Of a stretch of 64,000 bases of DNA, positions 44,201-50,141 are shown one piece after another; the stretch's first letter is position 1; each line of letters opens with the position of its first letter. The notes beneath the pieces are model-generated. The model ran no database searches, was not told the DNA's origin, and saw only the letters and a program-made list of their open reading frames with translations. Origin of the DNA: a virus; IMG/VR virus record IMGVR_UViG_3300044591_001745, positions 1 to 64,000 of that record. One strand, written 5' to 3'. Both the position numbers and the translations under genes were made by a program.

Positions 44201-47200
44201 AGAGTATTGGGGAATATTTGGTTTACCATTAGCATCTAAAATGTCCCCACCAGAAACCAAAGTCTCATCGAAATCAAAAACAAGAGAACCACCATCAAAA
44301 ATATCTGCATATTGCACATTCTCCGCTAATCTTATAGAAGATTCAGAAGTTTCTTGTTGCATTTGACGAACAGCATTAAGGTATTTACCTTTGAATCCCC
44401 TAACATATGCATAAATATTTTTTGGATCTTTATCTGTACCGATATTCCACTCAAAATTTTTATTGTAATCTAAAGCATTATTAGAATCAACTAGTCCTGC
44501 TACAGCAACTTTCGGCAGTCTAGATATTCTTTCTACTTCGGCAGCACTTTCAATATTCCCAGCAGATAGTGCCCTATCGATTACTTTTGCCGCTTCTTCT
44601 ATTCTCCTGCCCTGTTTGAGATTACTAACTCTTAGCAAGCTATCTAATTCTCTGTCTCCACCGCCTACTCCTAGTATTTTTTTAACTCCAGCTATTTTAC
44701 CAAGAGCTTCTAATTCTTGAATTATAGTATCTTGCAAGCTTTGACCTCTTTGTTGCGCTAGTTCTGCAACTCCTCCTATAGAAAATTTTTGTATTAGTCC
44801 TCCTAGATTAAATCCTGGAATACCGGCCGCTCTTTGTTTTTCTATCCATTGATAAAATTGTTTCTTTTGATCTTCTGCCCAAAAATAATCTAAGGTTCCT
44901 AACATTGCTTCATCTATAGAAGATCCAGAAGACTGTTCTTTAAAATAGGAACCAATAGATTTTTTATCTATTCTGTATCTTAATAATTTGCTAACTAAAT
45001 CCATATCATCTGTTGGTATAGATCTAAATTTAGCTTCTCCAATAGCGTCTATAGAATTATCTTTAAGTTTTCTAACAAGATCTATAGGATAGTCAGATTG
45101 GTTGCTGGCACTTTCCCATTTGCCAGATAATTTGGCTGCCAATACTTCTTCATATGCTTTACCCCATCGGCCTTCAGCGCTCATTAGTTTGCCAACAGAA
45201 GATTCCCCTGTAGCTGGAGGAGCCTTCCTTCTTCGATCTGATTGTCTAATTTGTCTTAATCTATCTCTATTTTCTGGACTAACATCAACGCCTTCATAGC
45301 TTTTATACTTACCACCACCCATTGAAGCCGAGGCGTTTGCTGTGTCCCATATTTTTTGAAAATCTTCTTTTTCTGTTAATTTTACCGTTCTTCTATTAAT
45401 TCTAATAGCAGCTTTGTCTGCTAATCTATCATTCGCTGATTTTTCTATATTGGATGCTGGGAACAATACTGAATTAATTGTATTAGATCCGGAGCGACCC
45501 AGTAATTCATCTATTGTAAAATATTCCGTTAGTCCACCGGCAGCAAATTTTTTAGCTTGTCCTTTATTTATTGCAACAAGATTACCCTTACCATAAGCCT
45601 GTACTGCTTTGCGATTAACAACAAATTCTCCGGGTTCAAGCATGGACGGAACTCTATCTCCTCTGCCAGACCCAGGAACACTACCGCCCTTAGCAAACTT
45701 TAATATACGACCACCACTGTTAGCGGTAACAGTTCCTCCACCGCCTCCGAAATCTGTACTAGCAATAGTATTATTCAGAGCAACAACCTCATTGGTCAGC
45801 TGAGCAATTGCGCTATTTCCTAAATTATCTATGGATGCTTGTAGTGGAGTTATAGCCCCTGCTAATGCACCCATAGTTGAGCCCAAATTATTTAGCGCTG
45901 TAGTATTAGCGTCTAAATACCTAGAATTGTCTGTAACGTCCGCCGCTGCCCTATTATTTCTAGCAGATGATGCCGCTCCTCCTCCTTGGTCTCCTGGTTT
46001 AACTTTTTGCAGACCACCGACGAATCCTCCAACAAAACTTGTTAAAGCCTTAGCTCCTTTAATAGCTCCGATAGTAGCAAGAATAGGGAGTAGTGGTCTA
46101 GCAACATCAGCAACTTTGATAAAAGTGTTTGCTAATGTTAGTCCTAAGCTTACTAAGGTCTGAAAACTATCGCTTTTGCCAATTTCTCTGATAAGGGCTA
46201 CAAATGACTCTCTGGTTTTACTAAATTGTACTGCTAACGATGCTTGTGCTTTTATGGCATCAGCGGCTAATGAATTTTGTCCTCTTTGAGCAACGGTCAA
46301 GGCTTGTTGGGCTGTGCCGAACTCCTGAATTAACGGCAGCACCTTGCCAATCTGTCTAAATCCACCAAGTTCTTCTACTATTCTGGAAAAGCTAACATCT
46401 CTAGGATCAAGCTTGCCTAGACCTTCACTTAATAATTGTACAGCCTTATACGCCCCTACGAATTTACCTTGAACATCTAATAAATTAACTCCATACTCTT
46501 TAAGAGCTTCGATAGTATCTTCTCTTTGAATACGAGTAAAAATTGTTCTTAAACCGGTAGCGATAGTTTCCGCACTTTCACGAGTTGTAGCACGAACGCT
46601 TGTGAATACCGCGATGAATTCATTTAATGCGTCTGTACCTTCGCTTACTCCTTTACTGGCAGCAGCAAACACACCACCGGTACGTTGAATAGCAGTAATA
46701 ATATCACTAGCTTCGACAGCAAATCCAGCAGCAACAGCATTTATAGAACCTAGGGCATTATCCAAGTCTTCTGTACTAATTTTAAACTGTCTCATCAAAG
46801 CAATACTTCCTTCGACAGTATTATTCAGATCATCGAACGATGGAGCTAGAGCTGTCAATGCTAATGCTCTCAACGCTTGGTCTGTTTCTCTTGCGCTCAA
46901 ACCAGCCTGAGCCAATGTGTCTGATATGCGAATTAAATCACTGGATGCAACTCCAAGCCCTGTTGATAATCCGGTTATGGTATCTGTAATTCTATTTAAT
47001 TCATTATATGATTCGCCTGTAATTTGAGTTAATCTGACTAATTGTCTATCAAACTCTATAAATTCGGATGTAGCCTTGCTTACAGCATTATAAAGTCCAT
47101 AAATTACTGATGTAGCAGCATTAAACGCAGCAAATCTACGAACAGCCAGAGCAGATTGGCGACCAAACTCTTCCATTTCGTCTTTGGCTTCTACAGTATT

Positions 47201-47551
47201 TTTTCTTACTCTAGCTAATTGTCTTGATGTCTGTTCGGCAGAGCTTACAATTCTCTCCATAGAGTTATTTGAACCGCCTAAAGCATTACTTAATCCATTG
47301 AGAGCAGCAACTAAACCAGTGATATTATTTGTCGTTCTTGCAGAAGCGGTGGCTGTTATTTCAAGCTCTCTATTAAGTCTTCCCAGGGCTGTGGCATTTC
47401 CTAGAATAGACCTTTCTGCCGCTCTATCTATTTTAAGTTTAACATTAGCATCAATTGAACCTATTTCTCTTCTAATGGCTGCGGCAACCTGTTTAAGATT
47501 ACCTGGTCCTCTTAGATTAAGTTCAGCAGTAAGGTTGAAGGCTTTGGCCAT
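32222..47551 (-). CDS. Tape measure protein (5109 aa) with repeated GG/PGEFV modules and embedded enzymatic cargo domains
   Basis: N-terminal TP901-family (PhageMin_Tail-like) core (EFDRQLVRL...LAQAG...TRESAETIATGLRTIFTRI). Long helical Ala/Gln-rich tracts and hydrophobic segments. Follows tube and chaperone genes. DTVPAMLTPGEFV motifs typical of TMP C-terminal regions. Confidence 0.92.
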   Translation of the reverse strand: MAKAFNLTAELNLRGPGNLKQVAAAIRREIGSIDANVKLKIDRAAERSILGNATALGRLNRELEITATASARTTNNITGLVAALNGLSNALGGSNNSMERIVSSAEQTSRQLARVRKNTVEAKDEMEEFGRQSALAVRRFAAFNAATSVIYGLYNAVSKATSEFIEFDRQLVRLTQITGESYNELNRITDTITGLSTGLGVASSDLIRISDTLAQAGLSARETDQALRALALTALAPSFDDLNNTVEGSIALMRQFKISTEDLDNALGSINAVAAGFAVEASDIITAIQRTGGVFAAASKGVSEGTDALNEFIAVFTSVRATTRESAETIATGLRTIFTRIQREDTIEALKEYGVNLLDVQGKFVGAYKAVQLLSEGLGKLDPRDVSFSRIVEELGGFRQIGKVLPLIQEFGTAQQALTVAQRGQNSLAADAIKAQASLAVQFSKTRESFVALIREIGKSDSFQTLVSLGLTLANTFIKVADVARPLLPILATIGAIKGAKALTSFVGGFVGGLQKVKPGDQGGGAASSARNNRAAADVTDNSRYLDANTTALNNLGSTMGALAGAITPLQASIDNLGNSAIAQLTNEVVALNNTIASTDFGGGGGTVTANSGGRILKFAKGGSVPGSGRGDRVPSMLEPGEFVVNRKAVQAYGKGNLVAINKGQAKKFAAGGLTEYFTIDELLGRSGSNTINSVLFPASNIEKSANDRLADKAAIRINRRTVKLTEKEDFQKIWDTANASASMGGGKYKSYEGVDVSPENRDRLRQIRQSDRRRKAPPATGESSVGKLMSAEGRWGKAYEEVLAAKLSGKWESASNQSDYPIDLVRKLKDNSIDAIGEAKFRSIPTDDMDLVSKLLRYRIDKKSIGSYFKEQSSGSSIDEAMLGTLDYFWAEDQKKQFYQWIEKQRAAGIPGFNLGGLIQKFSIGGVAELAQQRGQSLQDTIIQELEALGKIAGVKKILGVGGGDRELDSLLRVSNLKQGRRIEEAAKVIDRALSAGNIESAAEVERISRLPKVAVAGLVDSNNALDYNKNFEWNIGTDKDPKNIYAYVRGFKGKYLNAVRQMQQETSESSIRLAENVQYADIFDGGSLVFDFDETLVSGGDILDANGKPNIPQYSNRDAVAEALKKAKLTRLGAKLKTLIDEDPNFIRQTRILTARPQATADLLAKTLQTFGLPYKESDITGVSSGASTNIAAAKAANLAQTEKLIDDSLDNLNAVSKSGKKGFLYTEPKAKPELDELMGQGNIEGAVIEKALALLGANLPPIDQLESNRAIDFPNGLGRAAQFFGLDPDLPTEIKRTLDGSAFERARNEFARYFLENPNIARFAGGGIVSLFHGSNTGTNDSVLNSFKEKGALSNIATGYGQGAGFYVYTEKDRAVTQAKMRVAGGGFGTVVSGDTTGKPMVLTFNEALTPENYDLDYELQKSLIIKWMTENFDKIQPTLSMKDDAPISLLGKVDKNLEKGIMSSGIRVQEGSQTLTGDDGQQYTVQGGARRTLYSGTDGNVREGELIGKLMQRLTAGDPALVNEFESKLFQKPYGLVLKYVGQSPLKPSNIEILGDGNNQQPARKEEKQYPRISLTSDGSTINAGYVKNDTVSGFVMAKKAKNNLYTVGLSKATGGGGPKLYDAVMEAATEQGAMLTSDRAMVSGDAKKVWEYYFKNRSDVKKVPLEPEDWTKNNALIDPKLYGRRETWPPPTDLAWVLQSGYTKSPSLINDPKSVTRANQKQDSRTMAMQFFQRQAQGLQTGGFAEGGSVPALLTPGEAVIGPKLAKKIGYGRLRRMNHADKNGMGRYAGGGDVGIVPGSGNTDSFGPVGLPVGSFVIRKKATEALGFNKGGAIGIQKFADGGELQRVETVAINAKELAQIQNRIDSIISSFPQELKDAFGVTIGSLSDASVLLDTSSWNAAMSTVKRSMSSIRKQTDSLGPDIVEAFRQMSTGVVVELDKINRSRVATQEQSIAKSEGYSSQDLQRMQEDTLTARQARLANRNAGNPVSASDAMKAAVGTSPQPISVSPPTITPPPLPPLPVRDTEYYRKRMNYSDVSGQTDTAISPSGQKYAEELTKQDNTKVDALVSQMRDMFSTAMSGIGQAPSIAGQSESWATWDIGKQLHMNENPDKSSDKYRLGNPMQDPKLVLQMVQRMVGYEVTGGGQRGGKANNIPSFELVDIGAKAMAESLGKNKAALDAFLAITSGITKDDIIGSAATSTAPTPAPSGPPTSPPSPPSPPAGGGPPGSPPAGDAEAAIQRYMMELEEAAKATKLQTYQEQRLAGATASEAKARADAAAFAAVQAAAQNRLTSATADQADAINEARSRMASVRGGAVLSSGEMRTAAQSTARGSTTVPDNTDYAKSIQDNVVAIQNMTKQSLLYSGAAAVATSALGQFVGSTTLVGSTLSSLSTSIGNTQALFYGFNKGLEFIAKAGTSEDASKTLSNFSSTLIDASRRVSTFADGMSPGFLKNIVGRIGGGLDTGGGMVGKLAGNLPKVISGITGSLSALAGPAALVVGAFNAAASAFIAITDTLRRNKLERATQILENSLKNASEALASYNQNTVENANQLKSAGMEISRAASAAKTLADISKTNPQWSTSNVIGETLALGGGSQEGRSQRADILSQKGSMAYFGSLLDVTGRTQEQYTRELAPQNAAKSSEQFAKVASMIEQQNSARFKAGETSSDIMKDPGWAQQAEVLARSNAKVEESLRLIDADLSVSRQVREARKQELIQFTASNAVRQQEVQAIRQRNSEQADRQSSSLLYGLERMLSNMEQSINSVTHSLNKLADATDLMQASMTGDAKVGAARIDALNILQNPNVSSQTDRSAAANVGSQFFGGQAANMKGLLEFGPKLEETILSTINSTIEQDPKASSGKIEARIGKNIEDELGKLNIDAALKQTLSRQVAADVTSSRTSSDDKKDFRQLFNESSALGKTIQATKRAQETAVKALEFYQESLNSYAQATNEMVNTQISSNEKFRRASDIRARGETDLAKALGKTISFTASKRDARAGVMSQAGTTDPEAIFNNIGRLEQLRQGQQASMNNASQGGPRNQKDIVAFNRELASTTMSLRENYAALKGLSESTEVAQAALNKIGELRAKNEAGLNILERYVSSSPKDQAKLSGAFDRLERNMNGQTNNMWESVRVQEAYNEALQSGASMKEAQEAADSAAAQDRSDTLEAFKMLAPMLGENQNQLKANMLESMMRESGTEMSPMFNKVLEGLRNPEGDPQMAEAINQYKQATELQAKANEHLAMLDGNLAQQIGANSQQAFQNALNGVQQASANANLKDISQGINTLNTHLQNGVTKVTNVAAGGGEAMPFARGGTVTYKAVGGSIFKPKGTDTVPAMLTPGEFVVNKEAASSNKSLLTAINNGYAKGGPVKYLAEGGWVSDMLQPEKDRFTDSKPGELYTTWNDFSKFGSGNDVIKNIAGLDADKGSLQFYKPYSYPTFNGSSADVANALGAGTIGTGSMKGNQAEMGILPDFYLSRQIVNKTLEGAGLGAAAGIAAKNAAAGRLGQVVATTAANNSGEVDGAPMGIGGNVGGWIWEAMKFVPGLGAVVSGIDAVRELFKGNILGAALEGLSAVFNLVPIPGAGVVGKGVTKALGWALKWVPGFKRLASAGGKLIPGIFQKFAPGLYDKMAGFLNGNTVDVLMRFIPNSIKKKLGMSSAKAAAEATSAATGMTARVSEKAAIRMGGETLEQGVRTAARNAVPGLAATGAVVGAGKAIYDGATPVEVKGIGQKLQELAVDSGISYPMQFRDKDTALRLIDGEGSVDHISLTEAKAQEKALKQWVDSFIKADEWKLRTDPPEAQVSTSGSGAYTTYSFGPTAMSKDKEYMYAYLSQGKEVPKDAFPKRNSAGGLLQFRTDGYPTLDENDPKKSAITEQYLAEAVKIDNSAANTNVQDFSVVKDALQSYYDSLKEVKAETTTPDNFNSAHWTRETPSKAKEGRYSKILGALQSGTRLKYDFKQSEIKDSVRSSFGWSSSAGSSDKPGEGATGKSSGNLTVYGTAMRPSWKSLVAAKDTNEAIKNAIEQKKMWDYTAENGFKIYQEGKPSNQYDPLPWSTIDIVPDDMLKSVQAQQEAAMASQIGLKVKTAATFDKLIDLPNSKFPVPVQFSYRPFEQIPLLDPATVDIDGQTKTKFLPGPPFEPSDTPMKGVHIIGRNKAEGGINPFQSMGPGAEKLLPYYSSEAAMEAAVNEWALANFNIPDWGILGMTLAGGYQPIMAEAAMQSAEYVRGARTSRKAKPGQDQAQGSDAEDSAAAYLLRQNALFYTDSFLSGLNPVYEDAKNPILAKIPNIIELVQGIVARKALTDRKTRQAQMEKEASLIHFKSEQIPMLAAPVWSKIKNINIPMGSLSSAADWAKAASNDGVAPPGSISTQDDLMAAVDYISWVKGKALQLEQEAYDKNQGEKVETLASEGALGQYMSAGRFFSQLASDAERPISEGTSIGQASTRLYTLFSKSGNLEKYLLKEKETDQRSGKELVKKFWNVPEVVRDPKFVDYILGFANQVRTAQRFKQLVTGNNLAKISSEQMALLQSNFAAFGSEKKASEFMAGKTADPDMMMMKVATATGTEDIQIPETIDDILTQFLDDSKVYEPKYRETLGNILWKNADTYARKWTQSKDPGTAGWAGLWEEYSPQLISLRDFLTDRDDLLMRPVAGEGEQLFEPAVVPSVNGLISSLTAMATQAKITPPTDVNAETFIGALKDKNAFVGLVNQFVGSVSPTAPEDFEKRDQMKATAQQVLDFYDNNLSPDALPRVFTEKGNELWNKMKMNYEPANKAFTNFSGLTVDGEGGPGMVGLQEIYDENLMPYAQPTLYGFYYNKNRKAGTTNTVEALLREKAVQEKEAQAASQPKPQTAEDVANQAAKNAPNQAEVPPSEAPRTEEETRNAVNKAKGGLIYRADGGAAPVNWSPKGTDTVPAMLTPGEFVINRDSTQRYLPILEAINNGNNTTGQIVSYASRGGVINPKYFSGGGENKGGGSSGGVSSSYSMGFDSATLTAIKQFETSVTAFGEALGGLNIGNITLDETALTALGDFTTKFTQFAETLSKLNVPPIINITGKHEVNVNINGTATFNNMEEKVKELVRGEVDRAFENMNKQSEGSFNFKPK

Positions 47552-47565
47552 AAATTTGTCTCACT

Positions 47566-47606
47566 AAAAAATAACACCAACAGACCATTGATCTGCTGGT
47601 GCTATT
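47566..47606 (-). terminator. Intrinsic terminator-like hairpin just upstream of the TMP gene
   Basis: Minus-strand RNA AAUAGCACCAGCAGAUC-AAU-GGUCUGUUGGUGUUAUU-UUUU: 17-bp stem with three G-U pairs (fully paired only on this strand), 3-nt loop, U-tract. Confidence 0.75.
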
Positions 47607-47642
47607 TGCTTCGAATCAATACAGATACTAACTAACAAACTA

Positions 47643-48563
47643 TCAAGAGTTGGGAGCAGTCTGTGGATCTGCAACGGTAGTTGTAGTTTCTGAAACCACA
47701 GGGGTTTCTTCGACTGCTGGTGTTGGAGGCACTGATTGTTCTTTTGTTTCATCTTTTTTATCTTCATCTAGTACAATAGGATTTCCATCATCATCCAAAA
47801 ACGGTTGTGTTTCAACTAAATATTCTCCATCTTTATCAACCCTATTACCAAACTTATCCACAAAATTTCCTTGCTCATCAACGTACCTACCATTTTCATC
47901 GACCAGCCTACCATCAGCATCTGTTAATTTTCCTTCTTTATTAATGTAACGTAATTTGTCATCAATGAATTTATACTTTTTCAAGAATTTATTTTCTGGC
48001 AAATTCAGTTCATAATCATTATCTAAACCATATAACATAGAGGCCAAATGTTGTGCTCCAACAATTGCGACCTCTTCATTAGACCTATTTAGATAGTCCT
48101 CCATACTGCTGAAATATGGCTGTTTCTCGCTATTATTATACACCAAGCATACTGAGACCAGATAATTAAATCTGGCATTATCAGCCTGGCCTTCTGCGCT
48201 ATGATTATCTAAAGACGTTCTTACTGCGATAAGAGAACGAATTTCATCTCTATCTCTTTTCATTTGAATAGCTATAGATCTGGCTTCTTTTACTGAAATA
48301 CCGCCTTTTGCTAGCTTTCTTTCAGAATCTAGTATATCCTGTTGCAGCTTATTGAACTTGATCTGTTTGTCTTGGTTCCAAAGGCCTTGTTCTTCTAATA
48401 AGTCATCCATTTTAGCTCTTACTACACACTTAGATTTAATGGCGTCTGTGAAAGCCTGATTATAAATCTTTTGAGCTTCTCTCTGGTCGTGTATGGTGGG
48501 TGTTTTCACCATGAAATCCACATCTTTACCGTCAATCTTAATCTTAAAAGTCTTAGCCTTCAT
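47643..48563 (-). CDS. Tail assembly chaperone-like protein (306 aa) with C-terminal VDxxG repeats
   Basis: Lies between tube and TMP. Helical. SD AGGAG. 7-aa repeats DADGRLV/DENGRYV/DEQGNFV/DKFGNRV/DKDGEYL. Acidic tail. Confidence 0.65.
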   Translation of the reverse strand: MKAKTFKIKIDGKDVDFMVKTPTIHDQREAQKIYNQAFTDAIKSKCVVRAKMDDLLEEQGLWNQDKQIKFNKLQQDILDSERKLAKGGISVKEARSIAIQMKRDRDEIRSLIAVRTSLDNHSAEGQADNARFNYLVSVCLVYNNSEKQPYFSSMEDYLNRSNEEVAIVGAQHLASMLYGLDNDYELNLPENKFLKKYKFIDDKLRYINKEGKLTDADGRLVDENGRYVDEQGNFVDKFGNRVDKDGEYLVETQPFLDDDGNPIVLDEDKKDETKEQSVPPTPAVEETPVVSETTTTVADPQTAPNS

Positions 48564-48870
48564 AGTCTTCTCCTGTTTCTGGATAGTTTGGTTTTACGTA
48601 GAATTTGTAATTATATCTGTATTTTGATCTAATAAATTTGGTTATTTCTGAAATAGCCGAACGCATCTGATGATTACCATTATTTAATATAAGCATCCTG
48701 GTGCGTTCCCACAAGTCTCTAAAATCTAATTCTTTTTCTGTTAATTCATCTTCGTTTTTTGTATGTCCCCATAAATGACCAAAAGCATCTTCAAATTTAG
48801 CTAATGATCCTATCATGGTGGTTTGGAATCTTTTTTCTATATTATAATAGATTTCATTTTCATGGTTCAT
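48553..48870 (-). CDS. Hypothetical helical protein in the tail chaperone region (105 aa)
   Basis: SD AGGA. Tight coupling to neighbours. Confidence 0.75.
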   Translation of the reverse strand: MNHENEIYYNIEKRFQTTMIGSLAKFEDAFGHLWGHTKNEDELTEKELDFRDLWERTRMLILNNGNHQMRSAISEITKFIRSKYRYNYKFYVKPNYPETGEDYEG

Positions 48871-48872
48871 AA

Positions 48873-49928
48873 TTATTTCCTATTTAAAGAGCTTCGTTTT
48901 TCATTTAACTGTTGAATTAATTCTCTTTGAACATCTGGCAATTGAGCTTCGCTAATACCATCTTCATTAGTTGAATTAATTGCACTAAATTTTTCTTTCA
49001 TCCTGTGTCTAGCTACAGGATCATTATTACTCAAAATTTCTTTGGTTTCTTCAGCAGAACTACTAACAAAAAAGACCTCATTGGCTTTTTTCATCTTTGG
49101 ACTATTCAATAGACTATCAGTTTTTTGTTTAGTTTTGGCTTGATCATTTTTACGTTTTTGGAATATCATCCAGCCATCCAAAGCGTCTTCATCATCTATA
49201 ATATTATCTGGTGGACATTCTGGATGTTCATAAACAGAATCAAACATTTTAGATAGATTTACTAGTGCTCGTTGCTCGTCAGTCCACTCAAAAACAGTAC
49301 CGTCAAATATTTTTTGTTTATTAGCAGCAGACCAGTAAGACTTCCACATTTCTGATCTAGCAAGAGCCCTTATCTCACTCAGTGTTGGTAGAGAAGAGGC
49401 TATTTTAGCTGCGATATTGTTAAGAAAGATAGAGTTTTGGGGATTTTTCCCCTGAAATACTTTACGTTTTTTATGATACAAAGTATTCATGATAATAAAT
49501 TCATTCCTTATTCTTCCAGCATAAGCTTCCAGTGTGTATTGATCCAAAGAATGCTTAGTGCTTAATGCCCTGTCTTTTTGAGTATTAATACTGCTAATCT
49601 GTTTCTTAATATCCTTCTTTTTTTGTGGCTGAATAAAATTTTGGTATAATTCAACCTTAAGATTGTCCAGTCTTGTTTCCATTTGTTTCAATACTTCATT
49701 ATTTTCTAATTTCCAAATTCCATTGTCAATTAAAATATATTCTGTATCTTGCATTAAAATCCAATCACTATAAAGGTGTTCTTGATACACCCTGTTATAT
49801 AGTAAGTCTGCCTTATATTTTAAAGAGACGGAAGGTCTTTTTAGACTATAAAGCTTATTCTCATGCTCAATATACAGAAAGCCGGCGACAATTCTGGATA
49901 ATAATTTATCATTATCACTGCGTATCAT
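48873..49928 (-). CDS. Tail assembly chaperone-like protein (351 aa), paralogue of 47643..48563 with extra C-terminal domain
   Basis: N-terminal ~150 aa align by eye with the 306-aa protein (KxP...AxxxYN...LxxxG[IL]W...SLDxxxxExxAxxxR). C-terminal EIRALARSEMW...EWTDEQRAL domain. Confidence 0.6.
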   Translation of the reverse strand: MIRSDNDKLLSRIVAGFLYIEHENKLYSLKRPSVSLKYKADLLYNRVYQEHLYSDWILMQDTEYILIDNGIWKLENNEVLKQMETRLDNLKVELYQNFIQPQKKKDIKKQISSINTQKDRALSTKHSLDQYTLEAYAGRIRNEFIIMNTLYHKKRKVFQGKNPQNSIFLNNIAAKIASSLPTLSEIRALARSEMWKSYWSAANKQKIFDGTVFEWTDEQRALVNLSKMFDSVYEHPECPPDNIIDDEDALDGWMIFQKRKNDQAKTKQKTDSLLNSPKMKKANEVFFVSSSAEETKEILSNNDPVARHRMKEKFSAINSTNEDGISEAQLPDVQRELIQQLNEKRSSLNRK

Positions 49929-50085
49929 CGCTAGGGTACGAAGAATCCTTAGAAAGTTTCTTCTTTAGTTCCTGTATTTCCTGATCTTTTTCTTGTAGTT
50001 TTTTTTGAAAAGTTTCCAAAATCTTCTGTGCCTGAACAACATCTACATACAATCTTCCGATTGTTAAAAATAAATCATCCATCAT
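49915..50085 (-). CDS. Small coiled-coil protein (56 aa; below ORF-track cut-off)
   Basis: SD AGGAG at 50091-50095. MMDDLFLTIGRLYVDVVQAQKILETFQKKLQEKDQEIQELKKKLSKDSSYPSDDTQ*. Fills the gap after the tube gene and overlaps the next start. Confidence 0.8.
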   Translation of the reverse strand: MMDDLFLTIGRLYVDVVQAQKILETFQKKLQEKDQEIQELKKKLSKDSSYPSDDTQ

Positions 50086-50141
50086 GTAATCTCCTAAGTC
50101 TTAAATTTAATTCCTTAATCTAACCGATATTTTTAAACTAA

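Noticed and set aside
32631-45720. Inteins/HINT domains as the explanation for the repeated TMP modules
   Set aside because: No N-terminal Cys/Ser block, TxxH or terminal HN motifs; the modules are only ~60-80 aa.
47564-47767. 67-aa alternative-frame ORF as a frameshifted GT chaperone extension
   Set aside because: It is in the +1 frame; the -1 frame after GAT AAA AAA GAT hits a stop almost at once; the ORF runs through the terminator hairpin.
49995-50012. Slippery CAA AAA AAA C in the 56-aa gene as a programmed frameshift into the 351-aa gene
   Set aside because: The -1 frame terminates before reaching the next gene, which lies in the +1 frame and has an intervening TAA.
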